In this document: in pieces, positions 27,194 through 36,175 of the stretch
Layout: every line of letters begins with the position of its first letter
Numbering within the stretch: the first letter of the stretch is position 1
NCBI GenBank assembly: GCA_965205975.1
Contig: OZ242195.1
Location: 5,440,001-5,504,000 of the forward strand
Length of the DNA stretch: 64,000 bases
Source of the DNA: Candidatus Latescibacterota bacterium
GTDB taxonomy: Bacteria > Latescibacterota > UBA2968
Direction of reading: 5' to 3'
The notes under the pieces: generated by a model
Databases searched by the model: none
What the model was told of the DNA's origin: nothing
What the model saw: the letters and a program-made list of their open reading frames with translations, nothing else
Position numbers and translations under genes: made by a program

Positions 27194-27921
27194 TTTCCAA
27201 ATCCTCCAAAGCTGCGGCTGCCAAATCCAGATCGGCTGCGACTTGTTGAACGCGAACTTCCAAAGCCGGTCCGACTCTGGCTCGTGCGACTTTGCACTTT
27301 TTGTGCGAACGATTGTCTCTTTTGCGCTATGTTTGCTTGGCGCCGCTGGAATGTCGTTGGTTTTTGTTTTTGCGTGACAGATCCCTGCGTGCCATACTCC
27401 CGATTGCGCCCGTAATACGGACGTCGATCCTGACGATAAGACCGATAATCGTCGTAGTCGTAGCGACTCATGCCGAACCCGCCGCCCCAACCGAGCAAAT
27501 TACTCATGAGCGCGTATTGGCCGTAGAATTCCCAGAACGATGTGCCCCCGCGATCCGTCCAACGCCCGTAGCTCGGATTGCCCACATAGTGGTATCCGGG
27601 CGGATGTGGCGTGTTGTTGACACCATCTTGCTCCGATTTGGCAACGAGCGCCATTCCCAAAAATGGTTCGTATTTTCGATAGATGGATTCCGATACTTCT
27701 ATCCAGTCCGATTGTACCTTTTTTTCCCCCTGTGTTATTAAATACCGGTGATAATACGTGGTGAAAAGAGAGCCTTCTTCACGCAGGTCATCCAGTACAA
27801 TCATATACGCCGGCGCCGAGGCCAGCGATTTTTGCATTTCAACGACGGGATCGCGTTCGCCGCCGCACCCAGACAACAACAATAGGCCGACCAGCAAGAT
27901 CGGCAATCGTTCTCGTGTCAT
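27190..27921 (-). CDS. Lipoprotein with Tyr/Gly-rich core and Arg/Ser/Gly-rich tail (PspA/DUF350-associated)
   Basis: Lipobox LSGC; PPGYHYVGNPSYGRW...SFWEFYGQY; ends SRSFGGFGK; GGAGG RBS. Confidence 0.82.
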   Translation of the reverse strand: MTRERLPILLVGLLLLSGCGGERDPVVEMQKSLASAPAYMIVLDDLREEGSLFTTYYHRYLITQGEKKVQSDWIEVSESIYRKYEPFLGMALVAKSEQDGVNNTPHPPGYHYVGNPSYGRWTDRGGTSFWEFYGQYALMSNLLGWGGGFGMSRYDYDDYRSYRQDRRPYYGRNREYGTQGSVTQKQKPTTFQRRQANIAQKRQSFAQKVQSRTSQSRTGFGSSRSTSRSRSGFGSRSFGGFGK

Positions 27922-27973
27922 AATTTCCTCCTTTGTTTTATTTAAGATACGTCAATGTCAGTTTTGTGCAATA

Positions 27974-29437
27974 CTATCTCGGGTCTTCGGGTAATTGCGA
28001 AAAGTCGAATTCGTTTACTTCGTTGATGTCTGGTGAGAATGGGGAGATGGTGTGGGGGATATGGCTGTGCCCACAGCTTGCGATGAGTGCCCGGGCGCGC
28101 GCTTGTCGTTCGGTTTGTTTCAAGATATCATCGGCAGACCAGCGTGCAAAGATTTTTTCGAGACTCGATTGGATTACGTCACGATACCGGGGATCATTGG
28201 ATAGATCGCGGCGTTCTTCGGGGTCTTCGTCGATGTTGAACAATTGGCAGGAGTCAAATTCGGAGTAATAGTTCAATTTCCACGGTCCCGTGCGGATCAT
28301 GCACGCGGGCTGGTCGCCGAGCAAGCCGATGTATTCTGCAAAGACTTCATTGGGCCAGTCCGATGGTGGATCGCCTGTGAGGAATGAGGCGAAACTTTTT
28401 CCGGAGACATCGGGCATGGGGTCTGCACCCGCAATGTCCAGAGCTGTGGGGCCTGCGTCGATGAGGCTGACGATGGCATCTTCGGTGTGGTTTTCGCGAA
28501 GATGGCCCGGCCATGAGCAGATTAAGGGAATGCCCACAGAGCCTTCGTAAAAGCTGCTTTTCCACCACATGCCGTGTTCATGGGCCATGTCGCCGTGGTC
28601 CGAGGTGTAGATGATGACGGTATTGTCCGCATCGGGAGAGGATTGGACAGTGTCAATGATTTGACCGATGTATCGGTCGAGTTCGGTTGTCAGGCCGTAA
28701 TAGGCGGCTAATCCGCGGCGGTTCTGTTCTGGGGTGATGTCGTCAACGCCGCGTCTTTCGCGCCATTTTTTCATGGCTGGATGCAGGGCGTTTAAGTATT
28801 CGGACGATTCGGGTTCGAGCGGGGGGATTTGCGCCATGTAATACTCGAAGTCTTCTCTGCCGCAGATCAGGGGATTGTGCGGGTTCATATAGCCGACGAC
28901 GAGGGCATAGGGTCTGTAGCTGTTTTGCCGGTCGGCGATAAATTTGCAGGCAGTTTCGGTGACGGATTTGTCAAAGTAGCGATAGCCCGTTTCGCCATGA
29001 CCGGATACTTGAACGCCGTATTTGGTCTGTCCCGTTGTGCGGTTGTATCCCGATCCGAGAATTTCTGCGGATAGCCCGCCGCAGTCGGCGTGGATGCGTT
29101 TTTCAAAGCCGTGGAATTGGTCGGGGTTTCTAAAGTGCATGCGACCGCACAGTACGGCTTCGTATCCCGCTGCACCAAATGCATGGGCAAATGTGGGGGT
29201 GTCAAAAGACAGGCTGCCGCTGTTGTCATAGACGCCCACATCGCTGGGGTACTGCGCGGACATAAAGCCCGATCGCGAAGGCGCGCAGAGGGGATAGGGA
29301 CAATACGCATTGCGAAATCGGACGCCACGACGCGCAAGCGTATCTAAATTTGGCGTTTGCACAATGGGATTTTCCGCACATCCCATGACATGGGGGTTGT
29401 GCTGGTCGGAGATGATGATGATAATGTTGGGAGTCAT
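27974..29437 (-). CDS. Sulfatase (choline-sulfatase-like, formylglycine-dependent)
   Basis: PNIIIIISDQH, CAPSR, GRMH, SDHG. Confidence 0.92.
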   Translation of the reverse strand: MTPNIIIIISDQHNPHVMGCAENPIVQTPNLDTLARRGVRFRNAYCPYPLCAPSRSGFMSAQYPSDVGVYDNSGSLSFDTPTFAHAFGAAGYEAVLCGRMHFRNPDQFHGFEKRIHADCGGLSAEILGSGYNRTTGQTKYGVQVSGHGETGYRYFDKSVTETACKFIADRQNSYRPYALVVGYMNPHNPLICGREDFEYYMAQIPPLEPESSEYLNALHPAMKKWRERRGVDDITPEQNRRGLAAYYGLTTELDRYIGQIIDTVQSSPDADNTVIIYTSDHGDMAHEHGMWWKSSFYEGSVGIPLICSWPGHLRENHTEDAIVSLIDAGPTALDIAGADPMPDVSGKSFASFLTGDPPSDWPNEVFAEYIGLLGDQPACMIRTGPWKLNYYSEFDSCQLFNIDEDPEERRDLSNDPRYRDVIQSSLEKIFARWSADDILKQTERQARARALIASCGHSHIPHTISPFSPDINEVNEFDFSQLPEDPR

Positions 29438-29576
29438 AAAATTAAGAATCGGTGTAAAACTGCGATAGCAGTTCATTGAGCATTGATACATCTACATCCA
29501 TGTAGAAGCGATCACCGGTCTCGTATTCTTAGATCAGAAAATGGCCTCGCGCGTTCCAGACTGATCAATTCCGACC

Positions 29577-30284
29577 TTATTTTGTATCATTCCCGTTATA
29601 CAATCCCTCGCCGCGTACGAGCAGGCGTTTGGGGTTGGGAATGTCCATGAGTTCATCGACGCTGTGATAGCCTACTGTCATGCTCATGCGCGTGTCGTCG
29701 GTGTGGTTTTCGCCTGCGCCGTGGACGACCATGCTGTCGATTGCGAGCATCCCACCTGCGGGCATGGGTACGGGGAGTGCTTGACCGAGGACATCGCTTG
29801 CCCAGTCTGCATCGTGAATAGATGTGGAGACGCCGGGGAAGTGATGCGATCCGGGTACAATGCGGGTGCATCCATTTTCGAGGGTGGTTTCTTCGAGGTA
29901 AAAGATGATGGTGTAGATGTTGCGCGTCCACTGTCTGACATCGCGGTGAAGATACGCGCCTTTGTTGTCCTCTGCCGTGCGCAAGGTGGCGTGGTTGTGG
30001 CGATTGGTGAGGATTTCGATATTGGGTCCCAAAAGCGATTCGAGTGGGTCGAGCGCGTATGGATGCGTGACTGCTTCTCGAAAGATCGGCGCGCGGTCCA
30101 TAAGGGCAGAGATGCGAACGGCGCGGCCATCCTTATTGCGTACGATGGGTTCGATTGCGCGGTCAATGTCTTCCATAATAGCGGTCTTCAGGTTTTCGAC
30201 CATTTCTTCTGGCAAAGGGTCTGGGAGGCAGAGAAAGCCGTTGTTTCGGAAGAGCTGGATTTGTCGCATGGTGAGTGAGGGCAT
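29577..30284 (-). CDS. Phytanoyl-CoA dioxygenase (PhyH) family Fe(II)/2-oxoglutarate oxygenase
   Basis: LHRD, ENGCTRIVPGSH, HGAGEN...R. Confidence 0.88.
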   Translation of the reverse strand: MPSLTMRQIQLFRNNGFLCLPDPLPEEMVENLKTAIMEDIDRAIEPIVRNKDGRAVRISALMDRAPIFREAVTHPYALDPLESLLGPNIEILTNRHNHATLRTAEDNKGAYLHRDVRQWTRNIYTIIFYLEETTLENGCTRIVPGSHHFPGVSTSIHDADWASDVLGQALPVPMPAGGMLAIDSMVVHGAGENHTDDTRMSMTVGYHSVDELMDIPNPKRLLVRGEGLYNGNDTK

Positions 30285-30287
30285 GTC

Positions 30288-31037
30288 TTACTCCTGAACG
30301 GGAAGCGTATAGGGATGGGGATGTCCCGTATAGACTTTTTCGCCGCGTACGAGAACTTTTTCCGGGTCGTCTTTGATCACGTCGTGGGCGTCGTGGGCGC
30401 GATAGGCAACTGTCATGCTGCGGCGAGAATGATCGGAATGATTTGTGTCAGAGCCGTGATAACAGCAGTCGTTAAAGAGCAGTACGCCGCCGCGCGGCAT
30501 GGGGATTGGCACTGCGCGGTAATAGTTGTCGCTGTCGTAAAAGTTGTCTCTTTGTTTTTGTGGTCGGCGCGGGTTGAGAAATGGGCGGTTGTGGCTGCCG
30601 GGCACGATGCGCACACAGCCGTTTTCAACGGTTGATTCTTCGAGGTAGATCAAGCCGGTGATGAGGGTGTGGTCATAGGGTTCTTCACCGGCGTGCCAGG
30701 GGACGGGATAAGATCCGGATGGGCGCACCATGACGTGGTTGTGTTTGTTGGTGAGCACTTCGATGTTTGGACCGATGATGCCTTCGAGGGCGTTGAGGAT
30801 GATGGGGTGAGACGCTGCTTCGAAATAGACGGGGTCTCGCAAGAAAATTTTTGAGAGACGGCGGACGTTTTTCGGTTCTCGCTCCACCTTTTCTTCCCAA
30901 ACAATGGGTTCGCGCATGTCTGCAATTTGCCGGGAGGTGACTTCATTTAGATGATCGACCAGGTCGCCGGGCAGGGTTTCGCGGACTTTGTAAAATCCAG
31001 TGGTTTTGAAATACCAGAGGTCTTCTTCTGTGATCAT
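30288..31037 (-). CDS. PhyH family dioxygenase
   Basis: WHAG, ENGCVRIVPGSH, YHGSDTN...RRS. Confidence 0.86.
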   Translation of the reverse strand: MITEEDLWYFKTTGFYKVRETLPGDLVDHLNEVTSRQIADMREPIVWEEKVEREPKNVRRLSKIFLRDPVYFEAASHPIILNALEGIIGPNIEVLTNKHNHVMVRPSGSYPVPWHAGEEPYDHTLITGLIYLEESTVENGCVRIVPGSHNRPFLNPRRPQKQRDNFYDSDNYYRAVPIPMPRGGVLLFNDCCYHGSDTNHSDHSRRSMTVAYRAHDAHDVIKDDPEKVLVRGEKVYTGHPHPYTLPVQE

Positions 31038-31053
31038 GTTGAGATATCCTTTA

Positions 31054-32385
31054 TTATCGCGGGTCCATTACTCGCCCGACAAACAGGGTGGTGTTGGTCG
31101 CTATGTCCCGGATGAGGAAGATGAATGGCCGATCGACTGTGACTCTGGGGGGAAGGGATGTCACCCCTATGACCACGCCGGTAGCGGCGGCGGCTTCTGT
31201 GCCATTCTCATTGACCAGGACAAATGCTTTGTGAAACGCATCTGAAATGGAGAGGCTTTTTGTTCCATCCATGCCGGAGAAGTCAGCTAATTGCGGGTTA
31301 AAAGCGTCTGACATTCCCATCTTCTGAAGCATTGCGCCCAGCTTGAATTGCGCTTCAAACTCGAATGAGGGCATGGTGAGTTCTATGCGCTCGCGTCTCA
31401 TGTCTTTCGAAGCCTGACTGATGAGTTCGGCGTTTAGCGACTTTTCGAACGTATCAAAAGTGCCTTTGTCGGGAAGCAGGATGACCATGGATATCTCACT
31501 GCCGTCGTAGAGCAACTCAACGGCCTGATATCCCGTGTTCCTCACATAGCCGAATGATTCGGTCTGTCGCATCATCGGTACTTTGATGCTGTTGCCAGTG
31601 AGCAAGTGGAAGTCGCCGTCAGCAGTGGCTTTTTCGTCGAAGGGGTGGAGCCACGCCGCGTTGAAGTAGATGGCATTGGTGAGGACTAAGCGGGTCAAGT
31701 TGTCGATGGCGCCGGAAGGTATCAGGTCTTTGATTTTCTCTTCGGTCTGCTGGGCAACCCAGTCGTTGATTGTGACGCGCGAGTTCTCGGGTGCCTCAAT
31801 GAAGTTTGCGATTCTCATCCCAGCACCGTAATTTTCCGCCAGTTTGTCCAGGAAGTTCTGCAGAAAAGCATAACCCTGTTGTCCCCAGATCGCATTGGCG
31901 ATGTTCAATCGAAATCCCTTGCCGTCCTGACCACTGCTGCCTTCGCCGCGAGAGGCGAGCTGGAGATCAAGGGCGTTGAACGCGGGGTGCAACTTGTCCT
32001 GGGATAAGATGAAGTGTAGTGCGTTTGATATCTGGCGTTCGGTTTCGCCTCTGGCACCGGTATAGGTCATCGCAAGTGCCAGCGAGATGCTGTAGGGCGA
32101 GTAGAAAAGGTTTCCGCTTTCTTCCTCTCGCAGTTTCTGATACAGGCCAAAGGCGAAGTCGTTGTTTCCACGAACCAGGTCTGTTAGCTCTGAATCTGTC
32201 GCCAGAGGTACGGTTACTCGCGTCTTTTCTGATCGCACTTCTTCTGTCGCGGATGCAGGCGGTGTCTCGGTTGGAGGGGGTGCCGTGGGAGAGAGGGGTT
32301 CCGGTATTTTATCGCATCCAAGTAGCGCAATTGATAGTATTATAGCAGGAAGGAAACAGTAGGTTGGCTTTTGTCTCATTTTCAT
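31054..32385 (-). CDS. Serpin (serine protease inhibitor), lipoprotein
   Basis: Lipobox LLGC; NLFYSPYSI, NAIYFNAAW, hinge ENGTEAAAATG, DRPFIFLI. Confidence 0.95.
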   Translation of the reverse strand: MKMRQKPTYCFLPAIILSIALLGCDKIPEPLSPTAPPPTETPPASATEEVRSEKTRVTVPLATDSELTDLVRGNNDFAFGLYQKLREEESGNLFYSPYSISLALAMTYTGARGETERQISNALHFILSQDKLHPAFNALDLQLASRGEGSSGQDGKGFRLNIANAIWGQQGYAFLQNFLDKLAENYGAGMRIANFIEAPENSRVTINDWVAQQTEEKIKDLIPSGAIDNLTRLVLTNAIYFNAAWLHPFDEKATADGDFHLLTGNSIKVPMMRQTESFGYVRNTGYQAVELLYDGSEISMVILLPDKGTFDTFEKSLNAELISQASKDMRRERIELTMPSFEFEAQFKLGAMLQKMGMSDAFNPQLADFSGMDGTKSLSISDAFHKAFVLVNENGTEAAAATGVVIGVTSLPPRVTVDRPFIFLIRDIATNTTLFVGRVMDPR

Positions 32386-32601
32386 TTTAGCCTCCTTGCC
32401 CCGGCTATTGCCTCAATGGATAGGTAAAGAAAAATTATCTCAATTTACGGTGTAAATCAAGGTTTATTGTTTGCGATGATCCGAGGTGCCACATTTTTTC
32501 GAATCTGGATGCTTTCGTTTTTTCTATGAGTAACGAAAAAAATGTAGTATATTGAAGTTACTTGAAGTTCTTTGTTTTTCATTTTGTGAAAGGATAGCTG
32601 T

Positions 32602-34437
32602 ATGCCCAACGCGTTGCTTGTATATCCAAAGAATCCGGTGACGTTCTGGAGTTTTGATGAGGCTTTGAGGTTGATCGGAAAGAAGTCTGCTTTTCCGCCT
32701 TTGGGGTTGTTGACGATTGCCGGTATGATGCCCGATGACTACAGTTTGCGCGTGGTGGATGTGAATGTGCATCCACTGACAGATGAAGATCTGGATTGGG
32801 CGGATATTGTGATTACGTCATCGATGATTATTCACTGGCATTCCCTCGAAGAGATTATTGCCCAGTGCAATGCCGCTGGCGTGCCCGTGCTCAATGGCGG
32901 TCCGTTGCCCACACAGTATTGCGAAGATATTGAGGGCGATGCGGTTTTTTATCTGGGCGAGGCTGAAAATGGTTTTATGGATGTGGCCAATCGATTGGTA
33001 TCTGAGCCTTATCAGGGAGGGCGAGAGTATATTGATCGGCGAGGCGATTTTCAAAGCCTTACAACAACACCGCTGCCTCGCTGGGATCTGATCAATTTTG
33101 ACGATTATACTGTGATGGTAATTCAGATTACGCGGGGTTGTCCAGAAAGTTGCACATTTTGCAATATCCCCGCGCTTTACGGCAAGATAACGCGTTTGAA
33201 AAATAGCAGTCGTGTGATTCAAGAATTGGACGCGCTTTACGATAGAGGCTGGCGCGGTTCGGTGATGGCGGTGGATGACAATTTTGTGGGCAATCGCGAA
33301 GAGATTCGAGAAACACTGGAAGAAGAGGTGGTTCCCTGGCAAAGAGAGCGGGGGTATCCTTTTCAACTCTTTACACAGGCCAGCATTCGCGTGAGCGATG
33401 ATCCCGCTTTGTTAGAAGCGATGCACCTCGCTGGATTTGATAAAATTTTTGCGGGGATTGAATCGCCAGTGGAAGAAAGTCTGAAGTTTATGGGGGCGCA
33501 AAAGAATCTGCAGGGCGATACGCCTTTGCTGGACAAAGTGAAAATTCTGCAAGACTATGGCATGGAAGTTCAGGCTGGTTTTATTATGGGCCTGGATACA
33601 GATCCAGATGATATTGCCGACCGCATGATTGCGTTTATCAGAGAAGCGGGTATTCCGGTGGCTATGGTGGGGGTTTTGGGCGTGTTGCGCGATACACCCG
33701 ACTTCAAGCGCTACAAGCGGTTGGGGCGCCTGCGTGAAGATGTAAAATATACGGGTGATTCGGGTATTTTTAGTCGGCAGTTGAGTTATGTGCCCCTCAT
33801 TGACCCCGATGAACTGTTGGCACGCCATCGCAAGGTCGTGGAAACGCTGAACAGTCCAGAGATTTTCTTTGAACGCTGCCGCACGCACTATGCACATCGC
33901 GCGCGCAGACCGATCCCGTCAATGCCAATTGGTTGGACAGAACTCAGGGCGGGATTGCGCTCTTTTTGGCATCAAGGAGTGGTGGGAACTTATCGGTGGA
34001 CGTTCTGGAAGTTTATGGCCCATATGCTCCTGCATCATCCCCGCGATTTTGGCGATGGCATACGCATGTCCATTCATGGCCGTCATTTGATCCTCACCAC
34101 GCGCGACGCCCTGCAAGTCGATGATGTGCAGACATTTTTGGATGAGGCGTTGGATCACCTGAAGCGATTTAGCGAGGGATATAAAGAGGTGAGCGTCGGT
34201 GATTACGCGAGCAAGTTGATGCACGCTTTGCACGGGCGGATTGATCATTTTCAGGACGATTATCGCACTTTGCAACACAACGCCGAGGTGATGTTGAAGG
34301 CGGCTCAGGAATACTGCGGATTGATACGCGAAGAATTTCGCCATCAGGTTGCCGAACCTCTTGAACGTTTTCAACAAGAGATTGAAGCAATCCTCGAATC
34401 ATATCCCACACAAAGCAGTTTGCAACCTGTGCAGTAG
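32602..34437 (+). CDS. B12-binding radical SAM protein with DUF4070 domain (HpnP-like family)
   Basis: FPPLGLLT B12 domain; RGCPESCTFC; DDNF; GFIMGLDTD. Confidence 0.9.
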   Translation: MPNALLVYPKNPVTFWSFDEALRLIGKKSAFPPLGLLTIAGMMPDDYSLRVVDVNVHPLTDEDLDWADIVITSSMIIHWHSLEEIIAQCNAAGVPVLNGGPLPTQYCEDIEGDAVFYLGEAENGFMDVANRLVSEPYQGGREYIDRRGDFQSLTTTPLPRWDLINFDDYTVMVIQITRGCPESCTFCNIPALYGKITRLKNSSRVIQELDALYDRGWRGSVMAVDDNFVGNREEIRETLEEEVVPWQRERGYPFQLFTQASIRVSDDPALLEAMHLAGFDKIFAGIESPVEESLKFMGAQKNLQGDTPLLDKVKILQDYGMEVQAGFIMGLDTDPDDIADRMIAFIREAGIPVAMVGVLGVLRDTPDFKRYKRLGRLREDVKYTGDSGIFSRQLSYVPLIDPDELLARHRKVVETLNSPEIFFERCRTHYAHRARRPIPSMPIGWTELRAGLRSFWHQGVVGTYRWTFWKFMAHMLLHHPRDFGDGIRMSIHGRHLILTTRDALQVDDVQTFLDEALDHLKRFSEGYKEVSVGDYASKLMHALHGRIDHFQDDYRTLQHNAEVMLKAAQEYCGLIREEFRHQVAEPLERFQQEIEAILESYPTQSSLQPVQ

Positions 34438-34456
34438 GACGCGCTGCGAACAAAAC

Positions 34457-34499
34457 AAAAGCCCGGTATCATAAAAGATATCGGGCTTTTTATTTTTTT
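34457..34499. terminator. Bidirectional intrinsic terminator between the radical SAM gene and trxA
   Basis: AAAAGCCCGGTATC-ATAAAA-GATATCGGGCTTTT; a second hairpin lies at about 34507-34536. Confidence 0.8.
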
Positions 34500-34534
34500 G
34501 GCCAGGAAGTCGGAGACACTGTCTTCGGCTTTTT

Positions 34535-34861
34535 TTATGCGAGCACAGCTTTGAGTTTGTCTTCTATCGCGCTTTTAGGAACAGCGCCGATAAGCTGATC
34601 TGCCTGTTTGCCGTCCTTAAAGATGAGCAATGTGGGGATGCTGCGAATGCCGAATCCCTGTGCTGTCTGCTGGGCGTGATCTACATCGACTTTGCAGACT
34701 TTAACGCGACCGTCGTATTCACGAGCGAGTTCTTCAATACTGGGGGCAATCATGCGACACGGTCCGCACCAGGTTGCCCAGAAATCCACGAGCACCGGAA
34801 GATCAGAATTGACAACTTCTGTCTGGAAATTTTCATCTGTAACATTTAATGGGCTTCCCAC
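34535..34861 (-). CDS. trxA: Thioredoxin
   Basis: WCGPC; GIRSIPT; GTG start with AAGGAG RBS. Confidence 0.96.
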   Translation of the reverse strand: MGSPLNVTDENFQTEVVNSDLPVLVDFWATWCGPCRMIAPSIEELAREYDGRVKVCKVDVDHAQQTAQGFGIRSIPTLLIFKDGKQADQLIGAVPKSAIEDKLKAVLA

Positions 34862-34932
34862 TTTGAGGCTCCTTTCAGGTTGGGTTTTGTTCTGATGAGA
34901 ATGTGCTAAACTACCAGATTTGTATGGGGTTG

Positions 34933-35958
34933 TCAAGGGGCTGCACGGCAGATTCGATAGGCCAGATGGGCGAGGATTTCATGTGGTGTACCGCCGCTGG
35001 ACTTGAGGCGATTGTCTGCATCGAGAAGGGCATCATGGGCATTCCAGAGAGCTCGTTCGTCAAATAAACGGGCCTGATTGAGATAGTTATTGAGAAAAAA
35101 AGCGGGTACTTTGAGGCGTGAAGCCATTGCATTTCTGGGCAGGCGTTGGTCCGTTGCCCATCGCGCGCGCCGCAGAATCCCAAAGTGACGGACGAGCAGT
35201 GCGATTGTGCCGGCAGGGTGTTCTCCCTGTTCGCGGAGCCGTCCAATAAGGATCTGTGCCTTGTTCAACTGGCGGTGTCCGAGTGCGTCGGCGAGTTCAA
35301 AAACCGTGACTCCTCGCGTGTTGTCGATTACCTGAGCGACGTCTTCGCGCGAGATTGGATTGGATTTGGTAGTGATAAAGAGTTTTTCGATTTCGCCGTC
35401 CAATTCGCGCAGATTTGACCCAATGCTCATGTGGAGCAGGTCAGCCGCGTCGGGCGCGATTTGCCTGCCCAGGGTTTTGACATGTGTCTGGATCCAGGCT
35501 GAAATTTCATTGTCGTAGGGCGGGCGAAATTCGATTGTAATTGCGCGTTTTCTAAGTTCGGCAAATAGTTTTTTGCGCCCATCGGGTTTGGTAGCTGTGA
35601 TGATTATGGTCGTTGTTTCGGGTGGAGATTCGATGAGGGGCAAGAGTTCGGGGGTGGCTGAATCGAGTAAGCGGTCGGCGTTTTTGAGGACAATCAGGCG
35701 GCGCTGCGCCATCATTGGAAAGGTGAGTGCTTGTGAAATAACCTGTGGAATATCGATGTCTTCGGCGCGGTAGATGTCGAGGTTGAAGGCGCGCGCTGCG
35801 GGTTCAATGAGGATTTCAACGAGGGCGTTGAGAAGCTGATCGCGTTGAAAGTCTTCTTCTCCGTAGAAGTAGTAGAGGGATGAGATTTCGCCTTTTTTTA
35901 CGGCATCGAGAATCTGAGCGGGCGATGGGCCAGTTTTGCGAGGACGTCGAGTAGCCAT
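34933..35958 (-). CDS. holA: DNA polymerase III delta subunit
   Basis: YYFYGEE, FPMMAQRRLI, DGRKK, EIEKL, FELADA, D.RLKS. Confidence 0.92.
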   Translation of the reverse strand: MATRRPRKTGPSPAQILDAVKKGEISSLYYFYGEEDFQRDQLLNALVEILIEPAARAFNLDIYRAEDIDIPQVISQALTFPMMAQRRLIVLKNADRLLDSATPELLPLIESPPETTTIIITATKPDGRKKLFAELRKRAITIEFRPPYDNEISAWIQTHVKTLGRQIAPDAADLLHMSIGSNLRELDGEIEKLFITTKSNPISREDVAQVIDNTRGVTVFELADALGHRQLNKAQILIGRLREQGEHPAGTIALLVRHFGILRRARWATDQRLPRNAMASRLKVPAFFLNNYLNQARLFDERALWNAHDALLDADNRLKSSGGTPHEILAHLAYRICRAAP

Positions 35959-35976
35959 CTGTGTTATCCGAGGAGT

Positions 35977-36150
35977 CTAAAGGTCTTTGAAGTCCGCGTC
36001 TTGAATTTGTGTATCGTCAATATCGCGCAGGGGTTTTTCCTTTGATGATGTACGCGTGGTCGAGCGCATTAGTATGGCGAGAAACAAGCGACCGACAAAA
36101 CGAAAAAACAGGACGAGGACAAGGACGATGAGAAATATACGAAGCAACAT
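35977..36150 (-). CDS. Small single-TM protein (57 aa), absent from the ORF track
   Basis: GGAG RBS; MLLRIFLIVLVLVLFFRFVGRLF...IQDADFKDL*; fills the acrB-holA gap. Confidence 0.7.
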   Translation of the reverse strand: MLLRIFLIVLVLVLFFRFVGRLFLAILMRSTTRTSSKEKPLRDIDDTQIQDADFKDL

Positions 36151-36175
36151 GAGTGTCTCCGTGCCTTATAATGGC

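Noticed and set aside
27194..27490. N-terminal 99-aa extension of the DUF350 ORF given in the ORF track (start 27490)
   Set aside because: It overlaps the lipoprotein gene in another frame; the ATG at 27193 coupled to the upstream stop is the sensible start
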